From Amoebophrya sp. A120 (taxonomy: Eukaryota > Protista > Dinoflagellata): DNA of 64,000 bases. The translations under genes were made by a program, and so were the position numbers. Shown piece after piece: positions 50,066-58,472 of the stretch. Within the stretch, counting starts at the first letter, position 1. Each line of letters opens with the position of its first letter. The notes beneath the pieces were generated by a model that saw nothing but the letters and a program-made list of their open reading frames with translations, was not told the DNA's origin and did no database searches. The stretch is from assembly GCA_905178155.1 (NCBI GenBank), contig CAJINV010000002.1, forward strand, positions 11,720,591 to 11,784,590. Reading direction: 5' to 3'.

Positions 50066-53011
50066 ATGGTGCGACCGCGAAAGAGGAGGTCTTGTTTATT
50101 TTCGGAGATCATCTGGCTCTTGGTATTGATGTCGCATACGAGAAAGAGCAAAGCACGAGCTGCACAGGAAGCATACAACAGCACCAGCGCGTTGCTGAGA
50201 GGCCGGTGTGACTTTGGGAGCCGTCAAAGTGTCGGTTCCGCAACGGCGTACACGAAGCGTGTGCACCTGATCTGGAGTAACGGTCTGGGCGACCGGAAGG
50301 ACCTGAAGGCCGGTTCGGTGACTGATGCGGATATCGACCGTCTGCTTGAAAAGCCCAAAAAGGAGGTCCTCGCCAGAGTCGCCGCGGCTGATGTGGAAGC
50401 CCTGCAGAGACATCAAGACGGAACAAAGGACCACAGCGTTGTTCTCTGCTCTCTCCTGGGTACGGCAGATCCAGAAACGACCATCCCGGGCTATCTCCTG
50501 CCGTATTACGGAACGATTGTGGACAAGTTCCAGAATTACGAGGTATTCCTTTGGGACGACGCCGGGATAAACGAACTGGTTCGGTGGTCGCGCGACCCGG
50601 ATTTCTGGGAAGACGCGGTTCCAAAACCGCAGCCGCAGCCCTATACCAAATTTTTTGCAGAACTTTCTTCTTCTCCGTCAGGAGTGTTCGGGTCGACGTC
50701 GGGTGAGGGAGGAAGGACGGCGAAAGCGTCGTCGACGTTAACTGATGTGGAGCTCTTCCAGCGATACTACTTGGACCAAAGCCCGGCGACCAATTTCACG
50801 AAGCGGTTTCCGGGAGTTCACCCACACGAGCTGGTCAGTCGGTGGTTCAAGGACGACAAAATCTCCGAGACCGTGAAGTACCGCGACGTCTCCAAGTTTC
50901 TTGTGCTGTACCGCTACGGTGGCATGTTTCTCGACCTGGATATCGAGATTCTCCAGGACCCCACGCCTTTGTTCGAAACGCTGGTCGCAGGAGGTGGTGG
51001 AACAACGACTTCCCGTAAAAGTGATCGCGAACAGCAGAAAACAGCGTCCGTTGTGGTCGCACACCAGGAGCAGGGGCGACCGCGCTCTGATCCGGTGGAG
51101 CTGCTACATCATGGAGCGCCTAGCTATGCCAGCAAAGGAACAACAGCCCCCGCGATCGTGTTGGATCCGAGCACCGCGGCGATCTACTCGCACCCGCGGC
51201 ACCCGTTCTGGGTCGAGATCTTGTGGTACATGGACGCCACCATCACGAAAGAGCTGCTGCGCCCGGAGCCCGTGCTGGCGGTGGCGCGGGAGCGGAAACT
51301 GTCGGTCCGCGGCAGGTGGATGGAGGAGCGGACGCAAGCTACTCGTGCTTCCGGACCGTCTTTTGTCGCGGTGCCAGTGGAAAGGGACGCGTCTTTGATG
51401 TTCGAACTTCACGAAGTAGCGATCGCCGAAATCGCATCTGGAAAGGGCGGCTTTGAGGACTCGTCTCTCAGTTCCAACCGCGCAACCAGTAGAACAGGAC
51501 GTCGAGCAGGGACGACGACAACTTCTGCTGCAATTACATCGCACGATGTTGCGGCGCCAGAGGTTTCTATTACAGTTATCTCCAGTGCAACTGACGTCTC
51601 GAAATCTGGACCTGGAAAGCTCCACTACCGGTCGCGGCATTACCAGTTCGTGGTGCGCATGTTTCGGCACGCGTACGAGCGAAGCGTTTTTGGAATCCAG
51701 GGATGGAACCGCGTCTTTTTCCTGCCGACGCAGTTTTTCAACCCCTTGGAAATTGAGTGGCAAATGCTCCGGAACGCCATCCTGCGGGTGAAGCAGCAAG
51801 CCAGGACTGGTGGAGTGTCTGCTTCGAACCGTACACAGGAGCACGTGGCTGTCATGGTTCAGCGAAAGGAGCACGCACTCGCCGCACAGCTTGCTCTGGT
51901 GCAGCCTAGAATTCCTGTTGGCAAGGGCGGTCGTCGAGGCAGTAGCGCTACAACAGCGCATCCTGAGTACTGTGCACGGAAGTACGGGCTCACAAAACAA
52001 ATGTGGAAAGTGGCAAATGCTTTATATCACAAAGCAGGACTAGCGCAACGCGACCAACAGCAGGTAAAAGTAGCGGCTTCCAAGTCTGCGACCACAGAGG
52101 AGAAGGGGGCTCTCGAAGGTGCAGACCTCGGACCGTCGAAGCTGGATCTCTTATGGAAGCACGTGGACTTCAGCACCTATCTGTTTTCCTATCACCGGTG
52201 TTACGGCGCCTTCTGCCACGGCGCGTGGGCTGCGGAGGAGCGGGAGTGCCTGGCCGTGTCCGCGCTTGACCGTCACACCTGGATGCAGAAGGATCAGCCG
52301 CATGGATTTATGAAGTTTTTCTACACCGCACGGAAACAGGATGTTTTAATACAGAAAAGGAATCAACAGGCGCAGCGAAATCCGGACGGCGCTGAAAGGA
52401 ACCACAATTTCACGGTCGCGAGACGAGAGGAGAGCCTTGCGGTCGCTACCGCTTCTCGTACAACAACATTTAGTGCCGCTACAAGCAGAGGCGGATCTGG
52501 CGCTGTTGGTCCTTTGGACAAAAGAACAGAGGTCTCCAGGAGAAAAATCGCTGCTTTGTCTAGTTTCTCCGCAACCGTGCTGCGCCGGAAAAGGCCCTTT
52601 GAGGAAATGGAGAATTATCCACCGAGGGAGGATGTGGAGCGGAATGACGACGATTCGGTCCTTGATCTGTACTACCGCATGTGCGATGAGGATGAAGAGA
52701 CAAGCGTTGCGCAAGCAAATATTGAAGCGGGAGGCTTGGCTTTGTATAAGAAAAGTGATCGAAGTCGAAGTGCAGCTGCCTGTCTCACCGCAGTCGCACA
52801 GAACAGGCTGGCCGCTTCTCTGGCCGCGCATCTGCGGCCCGGTGGCGGCGATTTGCGATCCCAAATTTTTGCGGTGCACCACTACGACGGCTCCTGGCTG
52901 CCTGGCGCAGGCGGCCACGCATCGGACCGAAAAGACATAAAGTCGCGACTGCAGCTACGTGCGTATTTGCGTAAACGTGAACAGAAGGAGCACCCGCCCC
53001 GTGCACTGTAA
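50066..53011 (+). CDS. Glycosyltransferase family 32 (DXD sugar-binding; Och1/Sur1-like)
   Basis: RVHLIW, LWDD, RDVSKFLVLYRYGGMFLDLD, HPRHPFW and AVHHYDGSW motifs, with an N-terminal hydrophobic anchor. Confidence 0.82.
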   Translation: MVRPRKRRSCLFSEIIWLLVLMSHTRKSKARAAQEAYNSTSALLRGRCDFGSRQSVGSATAYTKRVHLIWSNGLGDRKDLKAGSVTDADIDRLLEKPKKEVLARVAAADVEALQRHQDGTKDHSVVLCSLLGTADPETTIPGYLLPYYGTIVDKFQNYEVFLWDDAGINELVRWSRDPDFWEDAVPKPQPQPYTKFFAELSSSPSGVFGSTSGEGGRTAKASSTLTDVELFQRYYLDQSPATNFTKRFPGVHPHELVSRWFKDDKISETVKYRDVSKFLVLYRYGGMFLDLDIEILQDPTPLFETLVAGGGGTTTSRKSDREQQKTASVVVAHQEQGRPRSDPVELLHHGAPSYASKGTTAPAIVLDPSTAAIYSHPRHPFWVEILWYMDATITKELLRPEPVLAVARERKLSVRGRWMEERTQATRASGPSFVAVPVERDASLMFELHEVAIAEIASGKGGFEDSSLSSNRATSRTGRRAGTTTTSAAITSHDVAAPEVSITVISSATDVSKSGPGKLHYRSRHYQFVVRMFRHAYERSVFGIQGWNRVFFLPTQFFNPLEIEWQMLRNAILRVKQQARTGGVSASNRTQEHVAVMVQRKEHALAAQLALVQPRIPVGKGGRRGSSATTAHPEYCARKYGLTKQMWKVANALYHKAGLAQRDQQQVKVAASKSATTEEKGALEGADLGPSKLDLLWKHVDFSTYLFSYHRCYGAFCHGAWAAEERECLAVSALDRHTWMQKDQPHGFMKFFYTARKQDVLIQKRNQQAQRNPDGAERNHNFTVARREESLAVATASRTTTFSAATSRGGSGAVGPLDKRTEVSRRKIAALSSFSATVLRRKRPFEEMENYPPREDVERNDDDSVLDLYYRMCDEDEETSVAQANIEAGGLALYKKSDRSRSAAACLTAVAQNRLAASLAAHLRPGGGDLRSQIFAVHHYDGSWLPGAGGHASDRKDIKSRLQLRAYLRKREQKEHPPRAL

Positions 53012-53211
53012 TTTGAGCTAATAGCAAAAAGCTGTTCGTGGTGGATATGTACTTACTTGCGCTCCTCAACCGCAATGCGCAAGAGAAAGGTATTCACTTC
53101 GGATTTTCAGCGTGTGAGGATCCGCTTTGATTTTTTGGAATCACCCCCCTGTAGACCGTGCGCGATGTCTTAGCGATAACGACGTTGGATTCACGTACTT
53201 ATTCTAGCCCT

Positions 53212-55858
53212 ATGGACAAAATGCGTGCACGACAATACAGGTCCTATTCGTTCCCCAGTCGTTCCGTGGGGTGCCGGTTCGGGACGCTGCTGCTGAGCGG
53301 GATTCGCTGTGCGTTGTTGCTAATGCCTCGGGTTCTTGTTCTGTACCTTCACAATGTTGTCGCGTCGGCGGTTCCGGAGGAGCACGAACCGCCCGAGCGG
53401 TTCACTGCAGCGAATATCGAGCCGTATTCGGGAGTGTCGTGGATGCTGGGCCGCATCGTCGCCGCAGATGTGCTGGAGCGAGTGCTGTTTCTGGGATACC
53501 AATTTCCGGCGGAGGTGGAACTGCGTCGAGAAGCAGTGGATATGGAGGACGAAGAGGAGACTGCGTTTCTTCAGGAGGATAACGCAAGCTACTCAGGTAA
53601 GGCAAGATCCGCGAGGACGGCAGAGATGTTGCCAGCCCAGTTGCAATTTGACTCCTACTTTGTCCACCTCGCGCCAACTTACGTGCGGCAGATGCGGTTG
53701 ATATTCGCAGACGTGCGTCGCGTCTTCGGGACGCAGTTAGAAAGAAGCGAAGCTGCCTTGCGAAGCTTTTGGCGTGCTGCCTTGGACGACTTGTACGCCG
53801 GAGGGCGGGGGGGCTCCGCGGATTTGCCAGCACAAAGCGCGAGCGACGTTCGCCAAAATATGCCTCTGTCACCGCTGCTGCGCACCAAAACCGAGACCAA
53901 TGCCGAGCACCAACGAAACATGTACCATCGTGGGCTGCGGAGCGTGCCGGTGCACTCGTCCGCGCCGGAAGGCCAGGCTCTGTCGGAGGAAGCGCAAGCG
54001 GGTGCCGCCGCCACCTCCTGGGAGATGTCAGTTTCTGAAGTCTTTCACGCGTTCAACTACTCAAGCACCCTAGCCGTAGGACCATCATCTGCGAGCCCTT
54101 CTGCTCCACAAGAGCGGTCACCGCACAAAAGCGCATATGTGACAAACAAGAGATACCGCTTGATAGACGCAGCGCTCGCACTGCTGCACAGTGACCGATT
54201 TGGGCCCTTCACGGCGACGCTGCTCGAAGCCGTCCGCACAACCGTCGAATGGGCCGAGGAGCGACGGTCTGACGACCCGCGCGGCGCAGTCATTCAGTGG
54301 ATCAAGCCGGGGAAGCGGCTCTTCGAGGTGCGGCAAACTCCGCAGACCGTGACGGTCGCGTTGCAGCGCCGCGACCCCTACTTTGAGACATTTCCCTCGG
54401 CGTCCGTGTCGGAAGAGGGGCAGAACCCGGTCGAGTACCTGTTTCTCAAGTCGTGTCTGACCAAGAGTTTTTTCCAGTCGGGCGTGCGGCTGGAGGACCT
54501 CGACATGGCCAAGCAGCGGAAAGAGGAGTCTGCCAACATCGGATTCGCGGTAGCCTCGACGGTTCTGCGGGAAGTGGACGCGCCGCACGCACTGGTCAAC
54601 GGGGGCCTGCTCAACCTCGTCCGCCACTGCACGATCAAGGACTGGGACATCGATTTTGTGGTAGACCGGAAGTGGATGCTGACTAGGAGCACGGAAACCT
54701 CGGCGAACGACCGCTTTCTGTTCAACAGCGAGCGGATATCTGCCAGATTCGGCTTGTACCGGCTTTACGCCTTGTCGGTGCAATCTTGGATGAGTGCTTT
54801 CGGTGGTCGCGCCGGACTAGAACCAGCACAGGCGAAAGAATTACAAACTGAAGCCGTACTGCACGGCAGTAGCAGTGGCAGCGGTCTTCTGCCTCCTGGC
54901 ACCTCTTTGACCACGTCCGCAACGCCAACGACCGCAGACTTGAATGTCACTGACAGAGAGAAGGATCTCGCGGCGCAGCTCGTGACCATGGAGCGGGCGG
55001 CGGACCCGAGTGTCGACCAGAAAATCGTCCCAATGGACGCCGCGTGGCAGGAGAGCTCGGGATCTATGCTGGACCTCTTGCCGCAGGTGGTGGAGGAGTC
55101 CTATTACTTCGACCGCTATGGGTATGCAAGAAAAAAACTGTGTAAGGGTAAGTCTGTGATGCAGAAAATGCAAAACAGTTACGCTTGTCATGCTCTACAT
55201 GCATGATAGGCTCGCTTCCTACGTGTTTTCCCGTCCTATCTGCGCATGACAAGTTTTTCCTGTCATGGCAGACGAACTTGTGATGCTGTTTTCCCAAAAG
55301 ACCTACACTAACACAGTTTTTTTCTTGGATAATGGCCGCACCGTGGAGACCTTGGACGTCGGAATTTATGACGAGCTACGGAACAACGTGGACTTAATGA
55401 AGGTAGACCTCTTCTACGGACGGGTGTCTCCGTCGCTGGGCGTTGACAGTACAGGAAATAAGCAAGCACGAGCGACGCGGCCTGGCATCTTTGACTCCGG
55501 TGAGGGCGATGACGAAGATGCTCTTGAAGGAGGAGCCACAGTTGGAAGAATCGCGGGGGAAGAACACATAAGCAGTGGCAACTGGAACAGCTGCGGTTTA
55601 TCTTACTACATGTGTGGAAACAAAACGATAGAGTGCTGTCTTGCGCCCTTTACGAGGACCGTGCTGAAGCCGCGTCCGCGAATCGTTGAGCGCATCGTAA
55701 CTTTCAGCTACGACGAAAACAAGGTCGTGCGTATTCCTTGGCCGCCGGACGCTGCTCTCGATCATTACTACCGCGGAGGGTTTATGTGGCCCCAACCTGG
55801 GTACGGAACGGAGAAGCATGTGCTGGCATGGAATACCGCGTGTAAGGTTGCTCTCTGA
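53212..55858 (+). CDS. LicD/fukutin-like nucleotidyltransferase-fold protein (two exons)
   Basis: NGGLLNLVRHCTIKDWDIDF resembles the LicD GxLLGxxRH...DxDxD motif. C-terminal IPWPPDAALDHYY. The two ORFs join across the introner at 55123-55331. Confidence 0.7.
55123..55331. mobile_element. Introner/MITE family F (209 bp)
   Basis: TIR tatgcaagaaaaaaactgtgt / acacagtttttttcttggata. Imperfect TSD atggg (55118-55122) / atggc (55332-55336). Removal gives FDRYGRTVETLDVG in frame. Confidence 0.9.
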
Positions 55859-56538
55859 AGAGGAAAAAAAGAGGATGACTTTACTCATTTAGCTCTCTTA
55901 TTTGGTCAACACGCAGTTTCTTTTTACAGCGCTAGCGTCGTGTCCAAGAAGGAACTTGCAAGGAGCTGACGCATAGAAATCTCGGAATGTCTCCCCACGG
56001 GAAGAAATGTTATCCTTACGCGACCGCTTGCTTTCAATGCAGTGGGGAACGTAAAACAACTGCAGCGCAAGCGAAGACGAGGCATAGATGGAGATAAAGC
56101 ACAACAGCGCAAGGACGAAAATATCAGCTGGCCCTCCAGTGCAGCATTGCGTCGTGAGGAATTTTTGCTGGTGCAGCTAGATGTATTGAGAGAGTGGGAC
56201 TAGCACGTTGCGATTTTTTTCTTTTTTACGAAAGTCACAGAGTTGTGAGTAAGCAAGGGCGCAAAAACTACGCGCTTTGTTTTTCACGAGGTTTTTTACT
56301 GAAAGTAAAACATACGTCGAATAGAAGATGAAGATTTTTGATGATACCTACAACAGCATAGCCCACCGGGATCGGATCGATCCTCGTCGGTGTGGCTCCC
56401 CCGAGACGGATCAGTGTTGGTCTGGGTGGCGACTACAGTGTTGAGTTTGTTTACAAAGTTCGTTCAGGAGGGACGAAACAAATACAAATCTAAGAGAACC
56501 GGCCTCGGGCCGCACCTTCTACTTGCGAAGGATCGAAG

Positions 56539-57807
56539 ATGGCGTCGAGCGTGGGGCACCAGACGCTGTCTTCGCTCTTGAAGTCGAAGCCCCCGGTTCC
56601 GTATGCCAATATGCTCCGGCAGGTGACGAACCACGTGAAGAAGCTGCAGGAGGAGCTCCAGGCCGAGGCGGAGACCAATATCGAGTTCGAGGACAGCTCG
56701 CGCCGCACCTTCGAGTACCTGACGCAGCAGCTGAAGGCGTTGAAACAAGCCTTCAACACGCTGTCGGACACCTTGCTGGAGGAGCTGGAGAACATTTCGG
56801 CCATGGTGACCGAGGAGCTCGCGCAGGTCAAGGACAACCCGAAACTCGTCCGGGTGGAAGAGCGGCAGGAGAAGTTCAACGAGGAGCTTCAGGACTTCTC
56901 GACGCAGACGTTCGACAAGCTGAAGCGGCTCGCGGAACAGGACTGCTTCCTGGAGTCGAAAGTCGACCAGCTGAACTCCGACATGGACACCGTGCTGCAG
57001 GTGATCCCCAAGATCGAGGACTCCTTTCTCAAGGGCGACCGCCTGCTCAACGAGCGGCAGAACGCCTTCGGGACGGAGATGAGCAAAATCAACGACTTGC
57101 TCGTGTTGCAGCAGAGCAAGCAGGAGTCCAATTTCGAAAAGCTCGAGCAGCGGTTCCGGGACATGAACTTGGAATTCGACGAAAAGATCTTGCGGTGCCA
57201 AAAAAGTTTGCAGCAGCAGATGGAGTACGTCAGCCGCCTGGTTTTGGTGACCAAAAGCGGGGGTGGAGGGCAGGCCAGTGGGGAAGCCCCGGTGGCGGGG
57301 GGTAAGGCGGATCTGGAAATGTCCGCGTCGAAAATTTTTGATGCGTCTTCGTTCTTTTCAGGAGCAACGGCACCAGCGAAGCGGGAAGGTACTTACTTAG
57401 GATGATTGCTGCACAGTCCTCCTCTATAGCGGCGTGAATGAAATGCACAATAGCAGGATTTTCACATTAAGTCTTAAAGACTTAATGTGAAAATCTCTAC
57501 AGATGAATAAGCAGAATAGACTAAAACCAAACGATCCACAGCTTCCGCGCTGCGCTCTCCCTTTTCGTGGAAGGCGAGTCCGGAAGTGAACAAAGCCGCA
57601 TCGAATCCCTACTACCCCATGAGAACAGAACTCGGGAGCCCCTTCGCGAGTGCTGCAGGCGGGCCAAACAACAGCAAGCTTAACACTTCTTTGAATGAGA
57701 AGGAAAGCGGCGAGCAGCTGTGGAGCAGCAATATCGGACAATCAGGGTCCGCGAGATTCATGCCGAGCCTGGGGCCGACTATCTGCGGGGGCGGGGGCGA
57801 GGAGTGA
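56539..57807 (+). CDS. Coiled-coil protein (two exons)
   Basis: Heptad-rich ORF. The predicted GT-AG intron 57389-57541 joins it in frame to the ORF ending at 57807. Confidence 0.75.
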
Positions 57808-58472
57808 TCTTTGAAAAGGCATGTTTTCCGACACTGTGAGGTTCTTGAACGAACGAGTCTTTCCGACTTCAGCTGTTAGCAGCTAGCAAAGGGAAGCGAC
57901 GTGATTGAAGAAAGTACTTGGGATTCGTACAACCAAAAACCGCACTAAACTTTAAACAAAGAGTTTTTTGGGTTATCATTGCCGGAGCCTGTTCGGCAAT
58001 GACGAACTACATGCAAGGTTGAGGTTCACTTTTTCTCGTGCCGTAGCTGCAGATCTGGTTTTTCTTTGTTTCTGTACTGAATTTGTGCTGATCTTCACGA
58101 ACAGCCTCGTCCTTGAGTCGTCGAATAGATCTCGGATCATCTTCTAGCATGCGAATCGTATTTTGACTTTGAAGTAGATCATGATGAAGATCCTCGAGTG
58201 CAAATTGGCTCTTACTTCTATGATCTTCGTTTGTGCTTTTTTCTTTTTTGGGATGTAAGAATCACAGTCAGTGGCACAGGTAGGTTAGAGTGACCTGCCT
58301 ATCTCGTCTAAAAAATCCAAGAGCGAAATCCGTGCGTAAGAACACAGAAGAATAATTCTCAGCAGTAAAACTAGCAGTAGCAACCCATCTGTTTAGCGAG
58401 ATGTTGCCTCGCACGTTGCATGTTTTGGTTTTTGTTGTTTTTGTTGGCGACCTGCGTAACTAGGGAACTTTT

